From Antedon mediterranea (Eukaryota > Animalia > Echinodermata), in assembly GCF_964355755.1 (NCBI RefSeq), contig NC_092672.1, forward strand, positions 13,330,001 to 13,394,000: a stretch of DNA of 64,000 nucleotides. The letters run 5' to 3'. The notes under the pieces were generated by a model. That model saw only the letters and a program-made list of their open reading frames with translations. It was not told the origin of the DNA and made no database searches. The translations under genes were made by a program, and so were the position numbers. Of the stretch, positions 26,280 through 41,200 are shown piece after piece. Numbering within the stretch: position 1 is the first letter of the stretch; the number at the start of each line of letters is the position of its first letter.

Positions 26280-29200
26280 GATAAGGTCAGAAAGCGATAA
26301 AACGCATAGTGATACCGGACCGACAGACAGACCGACCGACCGACCGACATAGTGAACTATAGAGTCGCTTCCACGCGACTAAAAATAAAAAGCGAAAAGC
26401 TAAATCAAAACGATAAAGTAAACAGCCAGAAACGTTAGCAGAGCTAAGTTATACAAGTTATATATATATATATGTGATAAAATATTAATAGGTAAAAAGG
26501 CTTGTTTGGTGGTAGGCCTAAATTGTAGATCATGTCAATCAATGAAATGAATTTTACTATATATAAATGTGTTGTAATACGATATTAATTGTGCATAATT
26601 ATCATGATGTGGCGAGAGTTATAGTAGCCTAGACAAATTAAACAACTGACGCTATAAGTAGTATATTGGAAAAGAATTTGCCTCATTGCAATAAGGTAAT
26701 AATTCGTAACTCAGAATTTTCAGAAGAACTCTTAGTTTTTGGCTTTCTATCTAACAAATCATTTTGATCTTTTATATAAAACATTGGATATTGGAGAAAA
26801 GATGTGTTTTTGTCTTGTGGTCTACTCTAATATTAGAGATAAGTAGGCCTATATTATACAGAACGCGAAAATTATTGCTTGTTGGTTTATTTAAACAGGT
26901 GGGCAAGTCTCAGTATTTGCATGACAACGGACTTCGTACCTTCGTTTGCCTTATACTGAACAGGAACTTTGGTTTATCATTCTGATAGATTAGTAGTTGA
27001 ACAAACCACGAATTGGAGGCCTATGACAACTAACAAGAAATAACATAAAAGACAGAAAACTACAATGTTATGAGTGAGGGAAAAAACAACTAAAATTTGG
27101 ATCTGTTCTAAATTGAAGCAATTGAAAGAGTAAGTAGGCCTACTACTGTATTTCGAGGGATTGGATGAAAGGATATTTCGAGGAGCGGAAAGAAACAATG
27201 TTTCACAATCAAAAATTATTTTAAATAGGCATAGGGATAAGGCCTAATAGTAGGGATTTCTGTGAATTTTGGAGTTAGGCCTATACTTAGGCCTAAGGAT
27301 TAAGGAACCAAACGCCATTAGAAAGTGTATTAACTTTTAGTTATGTTACTTGTATATATATTTATAAGAACAGCTTTATATAATCTTTGAAAATACATTT
27401 TACCTTTTTAAATTGTGCTGTTAAATCAACCTATTGATTTAAATTACAGGTACGCTTTCTGTAGGTCTAACTATGCATGACACTTGTTAAACTTTAGCAT
27501 CATGTCGAAAGCATGGAATTGGACTGTGAATGGTGGAAAGCTAGGCCAGTTACAGTTTACTATACTCTTCTAAGCCAGCTACTAGATGTGTAGAATCGCT
27601 GTTGGTATATTAATGCCAGGTAGGTAGGAATTTACAAATTTCATTTCTAAATATCTTACCAACGAGTCTGAAAAATGAACTGTGTTACGATCGCCAAAGT
27701 AGATAACGCCAGCTGTTGAAACAACCGTTAATGTAGAACAACCCGCAGCTAATGTAGTAAAACCTCCAGCTTTATGCTCATATCAAAATACATTTCAACT
27801 AGCTATAGTTAATTTCAATAGTCTTGATAAGAAATATAACATTTCAGACATACTGTTCAGAGCTTAATTTCTAACCGTTGTGTTGTTACTTGGTGCATCA
27901 TGAAACCAGAAAGACAAACCATGGTAGGCCTATGTGACGTGTATTAGTAGTTTACATTAATTAAATTGATACTCAATGTGAACCAAATTCGATGCGCAAA
28001 CCCCTCGAATAGGATCACCTCCTCGACGTTATTATCCAGAAAAAGAATAACAAGCAATCAATTGCCTCCTACTCTTCCTAGCCTAACATTGTTATCTATT
28101 TTGACGATTAAATGGAATGAAAGAAACCTCCCAAGGACTGAAACATATTTTGGCCGAATGACCTCGAGGCCAACACGTTCTGATATCAAATAAGCTTTGC
28201 TTGGCTGTATTACAAAACAATTTAGACGTAGCTGTATAGTTTTAGGTATAATGCAGACTTTTGAATGACCTGCAGTTCCCATTATATTTTTCAGACTGTA
28301 AAATAGACATACTGTAATCTCTCTTGTGCTCTGATGAATTAAAACATGAAGTCGAATTCACCTCCTATGAAGACGACTCGGATTAGCTGGATACGATTAA
28401 ATCTTTTTAATGTTGGTACGTGTATTGCATAGAACAACGTCGGAACAGAGCAACTCTAGATCTTAAACAGACGATGATCTTGTTCCAGGGTTCTTCGTTG
28501 CAGTGTTATCCTTAACAAGCACTCACAACTGAACTGTGTCATCTATAGTAACACATACCAAATAGTCTTGAAACGGGACATTCTTCTAAATTAGATTGTC
28601 ATCCTTGTACAGATATAAATCGAATGTTACATGATCACTTATGATATGCATAAACATAATATAGTACAAATGTGGCGAGAATGAATTGGACAGTAATGGC
28701 AATGAGTAGTACGGTTTCAAAGTATATAATTATCTTAACTTTATTCAGCAGTGCTGACATTCGAGGTTAAGGTTTGAATGATTATTGCCAAGCATTTACA
28801 ATCCAAATTTTATTTGTAGGTTTAAGACGCCAAATGTTAGAGGACAACATTTTCCTAGATCACTCTGGATGAAGATATTCAATGTTACCATGTAACAATC
28901 AATGTTTGTGTTGGTTGAAAGAACTATTTGGAATTATGAAAATACTATATATTATGAGTTGACCATTCCATTTCAATATGGTCATCTTCTAGGTATTTTT
29001 AGTTTTATATCTTTGGTCGTGAACTTTCAAGTAAGAATAGCTATATGCTGTTGCAGTAGTGTTAGTACAATTTTCTTCATTAAGTTTCGTCATTAAGTGA
29101 TATTTGTCGCTACCGTAAATGCAGGAATTGCTTTTTCTTTTAATACTTTCAATTTTAGTACTTGCTGTTTACTATGGGCTTTTTATATTTCGTATTGCCC

Positions 29201-30099
29201 TTCTTTCATCTAATCCATCCAACAGAAACAAAATGTTACCATATTTTTGTTTAGCACATTGTCACAATTTTAATTTCATCTAGTCCATCCAACAACAACA
29301 ACACAATTTTATCATATTTCTGTGTGGTAGAGCCAAAGGGTTGTTTTACCTATACCTTCTTCACCGAAAGTTTTGCATACATGTGTAGAATTGATTGTCG
29401 TCTGTTGACCTCTTTTCTTTGCAGGGATTGTGTTGAAATGATGGTAGCAAATGCTTAAAATTATTTAAAAAATTTAGATTAAGCATTGTGTTAATAAGCC
29501 AAAGAAGAAGAGCCAAAATTCTCTCATTCCGTCTTTATAAACCGAACACATTCTTGCAATTAAGAAAAAAAAGTATTTAACAAAGAGTACATTTGTGGAT
29601 TTTTTTTGTAAAATTTTTTTGTGTTCCAAATCCATAATCATTCCAAAAATCTTCTGAATTATTTTGAGATTTTTTTGGTGATCCCAACATGCTCTATGCA
29701 TTGACTAGATACTTTTTTTGCGTCAGTGCGTGTATTTAGATATTCTTTAGTGAAGAGAAAATGTCTTCGAAATTCTTTCTTAGAAAATTTCTTTATCGAT
29801 TATGGATGTATGTAAATTTTCTTCACAAATCATTTGTGGATTAATTCTTCTTATTGTTATACATTCTTCCAACTGTTCCATGTCGACGGTAGGTGTAAAA
29901 TCTTTAACGAAGTACCGTTGTACTAAATTCCCTAATTCCTTCTCTTACTAAATCTTAAGATGCAACTAACTATTGTTTGTGTTCTAAATTCAAAATTACA
30001 CCCCTAGCTTTCCTTGTCGATGGTGGGTGTATTTAGAGATTCTTGAATAAAGCATCCGAGGATTTCTTCTTTAAGAAATTATGTTTGTGTTCTACATTC

Positions 30100-32080
30100 A
30101 TAATTAAATCCCAAAATGTCTTCTAAATTATTTCTCAGTGCATTTCGTAAACGTTCCTTCTCGATGGTGTGTGTATTTAGAGATTCTTTAAATAAGAATT
30201 TGTGGCTTTCTTTATGAATAATTGTTTGTGTTTTTAATACAAAATCACATCCTAAATGTATTCTGAATTATTTCTCGGTGCATTTCATAAACGTTCCTTT
30301 TCGATGGTGTGTGTATTTAGAGATTCTTTAAAGAAGAATGTGGCTTTCCTTATGAATAATTAAATACAAAATCACATCCCGAATGTCTTCTAAATTATTT
30401 CTCAGTACATTTCATAAACGTTCCTTTTCGATGGTGTGTCTATTTAGAGATTCTTTAAAGAAGAATTTGTGGCTTTCTTTATGAATAATTTGTTTTGTTC
30501 TTAAAATACAAAATCACATCCCAAATGTCTTCTAAATTATTTCTCAGTACATTTCATAAACGTTCCTTTTCGATGGTGTGTCTATTTAGAGATTCTTTAA
30601 AGAAGAATTTGTGGCTTTCTTTATGAATAATTGTTTGTGTTTTTAATACAAAATCACATCCTAAATGTATTCTGAATTATTTCTCAGTGCATTTCATAAA
30701 CGTTCCTTTTCGATGGTGTGTGTATTTAGAGATTCTTTAAAGAAGAATGTGGCTTTCCTTATGAATAATTAAATACAAAATCATATCCCGAATGTCTTCT
30801 AAATTATTTCTCAGTACATTTCATAAACGTTCCTTTTCGATGGTGTGTCTATTTAGAGATTCTTTAAAGAAGAATTTGTGGCTTTCTTTATGAATAATTT
30901 GTTTTGTTCTTAAAATACAAAATCACATCCCAAATGTCTTCTAAATTATTTCTCAGTACATTTCATAAACGTTCCTTTTCGATGGTGTGTCTATTTAGAG
31001 ATTCTTTAAAGAAGAATGTGGCTTTCCTTATGAATAATTTGTTTTGTTCTAAATACAAAATCACATCCCAAATGTCTTCTAAATTATTTCTCAGTGCATT
31101 TTATAAACGTTCCTTCTCGATGGTGTGTGTATTTAGAGATTCTTTAAATAAGAATTTGTGGCTTTCTTTATGAATAATTGTTTGTGTTTTTAATACAAAA
31201 TCACATCCTAAATGTCTTCTAAATTATTTCTCAGTGCATTTTATAAACGTTCCTTCTCGATGGTGTGTGTATTTAGAGATTCTTTAAATAAGAATTTGTG
31301 GCTTTCTTTATGAATAATTGTTTGTGTTTTTAATACAAAATCACATCCTAAATGTATTCTGAATTATTTCTCCGTGCATTTCATAAACGTTCCTTTTCGA
31401 GGGTTTGTGTATTTAGAGATTCTTTAAAGAAGAATGTGGCTTTCTTTATGAAGAATTGCTTGTGTTCTAAAATACAAAATCACATCCCAAATGTCTTCTA
31501 AATTATTTCTCAGTACATTTCATAAACATTCCTTTTCGATGGTGTGTCTATTTAGAGATTCTTTAAAGAAGAATTTGTGGCTTTCTTTATGAATAATTTG
31601 TTTTGTTCTAAATACAAAATCACATCCCAAATGTCTTCTAAATTATTTCTCAGTGCATTTTATAAACGTTCCTTCTCGATGGTGTGTGTATTTAGAGATT
31701 CTTTAAATAAGAATTTGTGGCTTTCTTTATGAATAATTGTTTGTGTTTTTAATACAAAATCACATCCTAAATGTCTTCTAAATTATTTCTCAGTGCATTT
31801 TATAAACGTTCCTTCTCGATGGTTTGTGTATTTAGAGATTCTTTAAATAAGAATTTGTGGCTTTCTTTATGAATAATTGTTTGTGTTTTTAATACAAAAT
31901 CACATCCTAAATGTATTCTGAATTATTTCTCAGTGCATTTCATAAACGTTCCTTTTCGATGGTTTGTGTATTTAGAGATTCTTTAAAGAAGAATTTGTGG
32001 CTTTCTTCTTAAATAATTGTTTGTGTTCTAAATACAAAATCACAACCAAATGTCTTCTAAATTATTTCTCATTGCATTTT
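30100..32080. repeat. 140-bp satellite, ~14 copies, with degenerate monomers at ~29700-30100 and ~32490-33200
   Basis: Anchor 'aatacaaaatcacatcc' recurs at 31052, 31192 and 31332 (period 140). Confidence 0.95.
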
Positions 32081-34944
32081 CAAAAGTCACTTGTCCATGG
32101 GATGCTGTATACTATGGGCTTTTGATATTTTATATTGCACTTTATGAATTCAACACTGATTATAATTCTCGTGTTGACTTAACCGCCCTAATTCTTTCTT
32201 TTCATCTAATCCATCTAACAGCAATACAATTTTATCGTTTCTGTTTGGTAGAGCCAAATGGTTGTTTTACCTATACCTTCTTCGCCTCAAGTTTTGCTTA
32301 CAGGTTTCGATTTTTGATGTCGGCGTCTCTGCTGGTATGCCAGGAAATTGAAATTAAACATTAGGCTATGCTCAATAATAAGCAAAAGAAAAAAGATAAT
32401 GTTTCCATTCCTTCTTTACCGAACATATTCTTTCAAATATGAAATAACAAAAGATATGTGCGTGAATTTTGTTCTAATTTTATAATTAGATATTTCTTTG
32501 TCGATATTTAGAGATTCTTTAACAAAGCATTTGTGAATTTTTTCTTCAACAACTGCTTTTGTTCTAAATCCAAAATTAAATCCTAAATGTCTACTAAATT
32601 CCTTCTATTAAGTGCATTTCCTTGACTGTTGTTTGTCAGTTGGTGTATTTAGAGATTCTTTAAGAATTGTTTTTCTTTATTGCACTATGATACACTTTGT
32701 TTATAATAATTGTGTTTTACTAATGCCCTAAATATTTCTTTTAAACTATTTTTTGAGATGCAATTTCAGTTTCATCTAATCCATCCAACAACAGCACAAT
32801 GATATAATTATTTTCATCATTAGTGTTTGTGTTCTAAATCCATAAATAAACTCCACATGTCTCAGTGGATTTCCTAGACAGCTCTTTGTCGATGTTGGTG
32901 TATTTATAGATTCTTTATTGATTTGTTGATTTCTTCTTTAAAAATTATTGTTGGTGTTGTAAATCCAAAATTAAATCAATGTCTACTAAATTCCTTCTCA
33001 GTTCATTTCCTAAACCGTTCTTTGTCGGGTAAGTGAATTTAGAGACTCTTTAACAAATCATTTGTGGACTCTTTGTTTAACATTTAATATTGTTTGTGTT
33101 CTTAATTCATAATTAGTTCCCAGATTTAAAAATGTCTTTTCTTCTTTGGGCAATTCCTAGACAGATCTTTGTCGATGTTGGGTGTATTTACAGATTCTTA
33201 TCATTTATTTAATCTGCATCAATTTGTGCCACATTACATGTCAATGTATGTCCCAATTCTCTGTCAGTGGCATGTAAATTACAACATTCTTTAAACAAAT
33301 GATACGTATTTTGGATCTTCAAACATTGTTTGTATTCTAGATCCAATTATCTTCAAATTTGTTTACATTTATATTCTCTGCAGAATATATACATTAGTTC
33401 AAAGAAATATTTCTCATGAATATTATAAAGCTTTCCAGCTTTATTATATGTTAATTATTTATAATAATTATTATAAGTCTTCGGAGATCTTTGTGATTTG
33501 TACACCTATAGCCTTTGTTTTTTACACAGATACGGTCTGTTTTTGTGTTTTGTTCTTTATGTATACTTTTTAAGAGTTGATCGCTAAGTCTGTACGCACT
33601 TTCTTTGTAAACTAGATGGAATTAAGTTTTACTTGCTACTAAATGTTTGACTCTAATTTGAGGTGCATTGCAATTGAACAGTTTTTCATGAGTTAGATGT
33701 CTTTAGCAAATATGAATACGAGTCCCTTACGCTGATGTGGTTGTATTAGATGACATAGATGTAATGTGAATCCCATGCCCTTTTAAAGGTTTAAAATGTT
33801 AAATGTATTATTTCTGGTCCTCAAGTTTAACTGGAAACTGAGGAAAGTCGGATTATGTCGAGATGACTGAAAGCATTTCTATAGTTCAAGAAATGTCTTT
33901 GTGGACATTTTGTGCACATAGTCACTTGTCATTGCAGTTGTCTGAAATTTATTGTATGCCTTCCGTCCAGTTAGTTTACTAAGATAAATTTAAAACTGAT
34001 TTCATTTTCCATTTGAATCTGATAGGCTTACCTCCATTATGAGATGCCATCCAACAGACCAGCAAAAATGTTTATACGACATTTACCATTTGTTTGCATT
34101 TCATATTTATTTTCCCCAATAAACCTAGCTTGTAATGGTTAGTCTCAATTGTGGACATTTTAGTTTCACGTGACTTAAAATACTATATCGAGTCTTGGTA
34201 TTAGGTCAATCCATGTACATAGTATAGTATTTCGTTGCTTCCATGAATTCGATTAAAGTAATTATTCTTACATAGCCACAATTGATCATAAGAGTCACGA
34301 AATATAGGTTTTAGATGACTTCAAGATTGTTTTCAATCCTACTTTGGTGACCTACCCAAATTATATTTATAGTATAATATCTCACTTTTTGTTCTTACTA
34401 TTCATTATTATTTGTATAAATGTGTGTGGTAACCAAATAAAATAAACAAAAAAGATCTTCATTTTCCGTGTACCTTTACCCACAACCCAGAATCGTTAGG
34501 GCGTGTCAAAAGAAAAGAGAACATTCCAGTAGACTTACTTATGCCACTGTTGTATGAAATTCACACTCAACAAACCCTTTGAAAGTGAATTGACATAGCA
34601 TTTTGAGGATCACGCATCCAGTTCTCACTCATTGATTTATATCGCTTGTTTAGCTATATTTTCTTTCCAGGATGCAACACTGAATTACTGTAATACAAGA
34701 ATTTTTCAATTATTCTTATATTCATTAAATTTAGAAATAATAAAACAATTGCGTTGTACAATATTGTAATTTGTATAGTTTAATTTATCAAGAGAGTCAC
34801 AGTACTTTGTGTAGAGTAGATGTTTCTCACTAGAACGCAAGGACTGGATTGGGAATATTGGTTTTTTTTTTTATCAAAGAAAGCATAAATGGTTGTAAAA
34901 TAGTTCTAGAATCTTTTTGTTTTATGGAAGAAAATGTCGTCCTT

Positions 34945-36357
34945 AAAGCTCTCTCTACACCAGGGGCGCAGCCAGCAAAGAATTAAAGGGGGGGTCAACC
35001 AATATGTGAGTATTTTGCGAGCGAAGCGAGCAACCATGGGCTGGGGGCCAGTCTAGGGCAATCTAGATCATTTGAATCGGTTTACGCACACACAAATATG
35101 ACAATGTTAACACTAATAAACTGAAACAAAGAAAACAAAAAACAACTCTCATTTTCATTACAGAACATTTTTATATTCCAGGCTGCCACAGACAAACACT
35201 TTTTTTCTTGCTTGTTTGTTGATTTGTGTAGAGAGGCTGTAAACTCAGAGGAGGAATTATTTGAATTCCTCCCTTTTCACCAAGACAAAAGTTGCATGAA
35301 ATGAACGTAGAGATGCAAAAGTTTGAAAAAAGAAATTAGAATGATAGCATGGAGGGAGTGATGTTATTAAATGAGAACCGTAAGGTTGGAGTTCATACAC
35401 TGTGCAAGTCCAAGAAGCTATCTTGGCTCCGTGTGTATGTGAGACGCTTATCATACCCAGTACATACAATATTTTGTTTAAAAATATACCTATTTTGTTC
35501 GAATGTATAGTATAGGTGATAGCTTATACATAATTGTAATAACTAACTTCTAAATTATTATCATACATTTTACGTTAGTTACTATAACGGCGCTCTTGAC
35601 ATCGCGTGATGCATCTTTAAACATAAGTTTGGAACATTCTTCTTGGCTTGGAGACAGAATTCGCGAATGACATTCTCTGTATTAATGTTCATGTTAAAGT
35701 GTATTTTCATGAGGCACAGTCCCGAAAGCTGCTCATAAGACATGTGATTTCCCAAACAGGTTTTCGTTCTCCATAAAGTCGAAAAACTCCACTCAGCTTC
35801 AGCAGACGTTACGGGCATAGGCCTACGCGATTAGAAGAAGTGCACGCACATTCGGGAACACATTTGGATCCGCTAATTTTACACAGTCGCTTCCATCACT
35901 GAAGCTCGGAATGAAGATGTTCGTGTCTTGGCAGATCATCGTACCAAATTCAAGTTCCTTGAAGACTTCTTCAACATTACACTTCACTATAGACTCGGGT
36001 GCTACGCCAAATATTTTAAAGCATGGCCTGTTATCGGCAGAAAAACGGGTTTTTAACTCGGTTTGTTATCAAGAAGTTGATTTGGTAATACTGCTCGGTA
36101 GTAATCTTCCACAGTATCTCCAGGATGATTTGATCTGTATTGTTGTCTCATGTTTTTATTTATTTTTTTCTAAAAAAAAAGGGGGGGTCAGGACCCCTGT
36201 GACCCCCCACTGGCTGCGCCCCTGTACACTATCAAACTTTACGCAACTAAAAAATGATTTGCCATATATGGGCACTTTGACTTCATATAAATCCATATCT
36301 GGGGACATCACACTTTTTTTTTGGCAAACTAGTTTGATAGTGTTGAAAGAGCTTCTA
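34945..36357. mobile_element. Small Harbinger-like MITE (host of the hAT insertion)
   Basis: Removing 34961-36224 restores 'aaagctctctctacactatcaaact...agtttgatagtgttgaaagagctt'. A half copy of the same terminus is at ~8196-8230. Confidence 0.6.
34961..36224 (-). mobile_element. Internally deleted hAT transposon with 5-bp TSD and transposase C-terminal remnant
   Basis: 15-bp perfect TIR CAGGGGCGCAGCCAG and TSD TACAC. Minus-strand 'PVTSAEAEWSFSTLWRTKTCLGNHMSYEQLSGLCLMKIH' (35582-35818) is a hAT dimerisation domain. Confidence 0.9.
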
Positions 36358-38294
36358 AGAGAGAAAGCAAACACGAAAAAATAAATAATAAATAAAAAAA
36401 GTACAAAATGACATCATGATGTATGATTTAAAAAGTATGTATGCTTACTATCTCTACTTCAATCAAAATTGTTTTAAAAATGCAATTATTATCTTCACAT
36501 GAAAAACAATAGTAAAACACAATTTAGTCATTTTCTATAATTACAATTATTTTACTTGTTATTTGTTTGTTTACATAGGAGGATATTATCAGCTGTTCAA
36601 AAAGATCAATTCAAAGATACTGTAGCCTTACTATTTATAAACTTCGCCATACCTACTGTACTTAAATATTCAAAATAAATACTGCAGTAAGCACTAACAT
36701 TGGAAGTGTTGTCTTTTTATTATGGCACATAGATAGTTAGCTGACAAAGAAACACATGACATATGCAAAAAAAAGTCCTGTTATTTATAAACATTAAAAT
36801 TGTATTCTAACAATATAAACATTTAAAAGAATATTGGTTGCTACTTAGAAAACAATGAAACTGATAGTTAAAACAACAAAGTAAAATGTCATACCATCTA
36901 TTGTACATAAATGTCAAGAAAAACGTGACAAGGCACATTTGTATATTAAATATGGATTATAGAAAAAAATTCACTTAGTATGAATTAAAAAATATTTGCC
37001 ATTTATTAATGGGCAGCATTTTTTAAATTTTACTTGGACATGAATTGTACATGAATTGTACATGAATGTCAAAAGAAACTCAGCAACGGTAATGAACTAT
37101 TTCAGACATTTTGCTCTATTTCTACTGAACTGAAGAATATACTTTGCTTCCTTACATTTCACTGTAACTATTTTTATAAGTATAATCTTGAACTGCATGG
37201 CAAATTAAATTATACTATATGTGGGCAATATATTTTGCCAAACACTTCCTAATCCTAATTCGTTGAGCTTAACAAAAATACTTAAACAATAATAAGGATT
37301 TATAGAGGGGAAAACAACCAAAAATACAGACTTTAAAATACCAAAGGAATGTAAAAATAACGTTTTTTAATAGTTTAACAAAAGAATGCAAAATTAAATA
37401 TTCACAAGATTTATTTATTTGATTTTTTTAAAACCAAAGGGGTTTTTAAACATATATACAAAACATTACAGGTGATAATAGTTTGGTCTGAGGTAATGGA
37501 GTTTTTAAAAAAGACTATTAAGCATATTATAAGACATTTACAATTATCCATGATATAAAAGTACACTGAACAAATTACGTTTTAAAAATCAATCAAATGT
37601 ACAGAATTTTAATAAGGATAGGTGTAATGACTATGTAAATGATTATGCAATTTTCAAAAATGATGTTTTATAATGTAGATTTAATTATTCTATAGTGTTA
37701 TGTAAGAAGTCATAGGAGATATAATTAACACTACCTAGGCTAAAATAAATCAGCATTATACAGTAACAGTATTCTCTCAGGTTTGTATAAAAACTTAACA
37801 CAAATGTTGATATCGACAAATTTAAGCTGTAAAAAGTTTCCCTATCTTATTAATACTGTACTGCAAGAAGTGAGGTCATACAATGAAATGCAATCTGGAT
37901 TAAATTCAAACTATCAATAATTATTTTAAAATGCAGTTTGCTATCACCATCTTCTTTAATTAAAATCTCACCAAAAATAACACAAGATTTCTAGTAAAAA
38001 TGTTATATCATCATGATTTTTAACAAATCCGCAGCAATTCAAAACTGTTAATTCTGACATATAGGATGACCCTTGTTCTCTATCTGCACACAATCTTAAT
38101 TTGAACTCAGTGCTAGGCCTGCGTGGCTTACTATCATGCCTGTAAATAGGAGATCACCTTCCATGCTCCGTATACAAGCAATTGATTCAGATCATCTTAT
38201 ATGTAAGAATTTACTTCCAAGATAAATAAGACCTTATTTCATGCTAAAATTATACAAAATGTTAACAGTTCACCAACTATTTATCTATTGAATG

Positions 38295-41200
38295 TTATAC
38301 TCGATTAACATGAACATTTCGTCTAAGTACAGATCGAACATCGCTAGCAAACCTCAAAGCATCAAGCATTGGCAACAGATTTAACAGCCCTACATCACTA
38401 GGATCTGAAAACCATGATACTACTGGTATTGCATTTTCTGAAAAGGCAATGAAAATAGCAATAAACAAGTATGAAGCCAGCAAAGACCTCATGTTATGAT
38501 GCTGCACAGTAAATAAAAATTAATGTTTATGAGTGTACTGATACAAATAATTTTATGACGTGAAAATAGAACAACATTTCAGGTTTCATCAAATGAAATT
38601 ATTAGTTCAATACAAAATGAATCATCCTTTCACTCTCGGTAATGTAATAAAGAGTGCAATAGAACATTTATTTAACATCACGCACAATCCTCCTTATCAA
38701 ATAATAAGAATCTACTATTCAGGTAAGTGGACTTCCCAAGTATCCCAATAATTGCTGATAACCCATATTTTTAGTCATCCTCCAGTAGGTGTGCAACAAA
38801 TATTATATTCCATTGAATGGGAAGAATATATACTTTTTTTCAAAGCAATTTTTATAGATATTTTTGTAGCATATTGAATAGAATGATCAATATTTGTCCT
38901 CCATATTCAATGATTAAGCATTTAGGTCTATTATTGTGTAATCTTGTTATACAACTAAAAACAGCCATACTATCAGTACATTATGGCTTACTTTAAAAAA
39001 AAAAAATTTACCTGGAAATAATTTGTATGCTCCTGGTGAGTTATCTACTATAAATACCCTTGAGAGATCGTCACTCACTGCTGACAAATCTTTAGTATAA
39101 CTACCACAATCTAATGTACAATGCTGTCAATACAAAAAAAATACATGTAAACTAATGATTATTTAAATTTCCAAAGTCCTCATCTTACCACGATAACGGA
39201 GTCGATAATGTCAAGAGGATGATTGGTGTCGTCCAATATAGCATGGAACACATCGGCAAGACGTTTGCTGTAGAAAGTCAAGAATTTGCACAGATGAACC
39301 AATTACTTTCCTGCTCTACCCAGCGCCTTTTCAATTCCGTCTTTATTCCCTTTACTGATATTCTTTACTGGGGTGGATTGATATAAGCAGTTTATAAACG
39401 GTCTTAGCGCTTAGGTCTTTTTGACGTATTAAGTAATTTTATAGACCATTGCTATACCAAAGTCTAACCTGTAAGCAGTCTGTAAAATCCCTCTAAAAGC
39501 CTACTTGAAGGAGTCTTAAAACAGTCTTTTGTCAACATGGCGTTGCTTTACATAATTGATCATGAAAGACAACACATTGAACAAGTTTTAAATGTTAAAT
39601 CAAATAATGATGATCTTAAATAAATTAATAAATTTCTCGCGTAAAAATGTATGTACTGTTATGAGCGAAATTGAGAAAGCATGACAAACATTACCTTATT
39701 TGGTATTCTACACGTAAAGTGCAGCCTCAATTTGTTACAGTACACAATCTTATCCAAGATTGTTTTATAGCAATTGTCTATTACAGGGATCGCTTTAGTA
39801 AGACCGTCTGATAAAGCCGGCTTTAAACGGTTAAGAACATTTTATAGGAATTTGCGCACGATGTTCATACCTGTCTGTAGTATCTTCTTTTGAGTACCCC
39901 TCTGCCTTTGTCCAATTTATCTGCCACAGCTGAACCATATATTTCCATACTTGCTGTAAATACCACTAAATCATACCACTGGCTAACCTGTTTACAAAAA
40001 AAAAATGTATTTGAGTTCTTTGTGAATTACTTGAACTAGCAAGTATACCCGCACAACAGCAGGTTTCAAATGTAGTTTAAAACATCATTTATCAGATCCA
40101 TAATCGCCATATATCCCCAAAATTAGTTTATCCTAGTTTCAGCTCGATCGGAGTAGTTTTGAAATTAAACCTTGACATCGCATGATCTTGGGTGGCGCCC
40201 GCCAGATTAATACGTGCTCTACAGGATTACTTTACGCAAGTTTCAGTTCCATCGAAGCAATTAGAGATTTTAACTCTACGAATGCAAACTTGTTCTTTCT
40301 TATACCAAGCTACACCCACCCACCAAATTTGAAGACCATGTGACCCCTAGTCTCTGAATAAAGACGGATAGACAGAGAGACATGCACAACATTTTGTGAA
40401 TTATAGTAAGATGTTGATTTTAGATTTAAAGAGGAATTAAAAAAAGATTTTGAAAAATGAAAGGCGTGGCAACAAATTGTTTTTATTCAATAATACCTAG
40501 CATCAATCAATGTATTTTAACCAAATATTATATCTGAAATTCATGCCTGTCGCCGAGCTTTTAAGATTATTATTTTTATTTCCTTTAAAGTCTCATAATT
40601 TTATTATACATGTTATTAAACTTATTCTGGGATAAAAGAACTTACAACATCCAAAAAGAAGTCCACATGTGGCCTCTTGTAGACAAAAAATCGTACTGGA
40701 TGGGCATCAATAGTTACCTGTAATGCAGAATATAATATTAAACATTTAGCCATATTTGGTTAGAAATCATATTTTACAATAAAGATTATAAATTCCATGA
40801 AATATAGTGATATGTCACATGTTAGTACTGTAATGCTTTACTTCCATTGCCTTGTCCTTCAGATGGGATGTTAAACTGTTTCCAATAGACAAATTTATTT
40901 GTACAAATTGTAAGTGTTCACTAATGCGCATGTGTAGTAATATTTTCATCTACTTGTTGTGACATGGAAAAATGTGAAACCAATTATAACTCAGGAATGT
41001 TTTATTCACTAATTTGAAAAAGAGGCTAAGTTGTTGCTTCTGTGTAAATGAAGCGCACTACAACTTGATAGATATTCAACAAGAGTAAGTAATTATCTTC
41101 TGGTGTGAATCATGTTACATTGATGCACTGCTCTGGCTCCTTATAGAGGGTAGTAGGCATAATCAATCAAATATCCCTGTTTACTAACTGTTAAACTGAA

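Larger units (their letters stand above)
23900..26385 (+). mobile_element. Helentron/HINE-like element split by a nested insertion
   Basis: Sub-terminal inverted motif AGTCGCGTG (~23924) / CACGCGACT (~26372), (CCGA)n microsatellites near both ends and a terminal stem-loop 'agtcgc..gcgact'. Confidence 0.4.

Noticed and set aside
27500-28640. Possible LINE endonuclease start or solo LTR
   Set aside because: Similarity is too weak, and I found no termini or TSD.
33480-34450. Possible degenerate LINE ORF1/PHD-like and 3' fragments
   Set aside because: Only scattered Cys/His patterns; no continuous frame can be supported.
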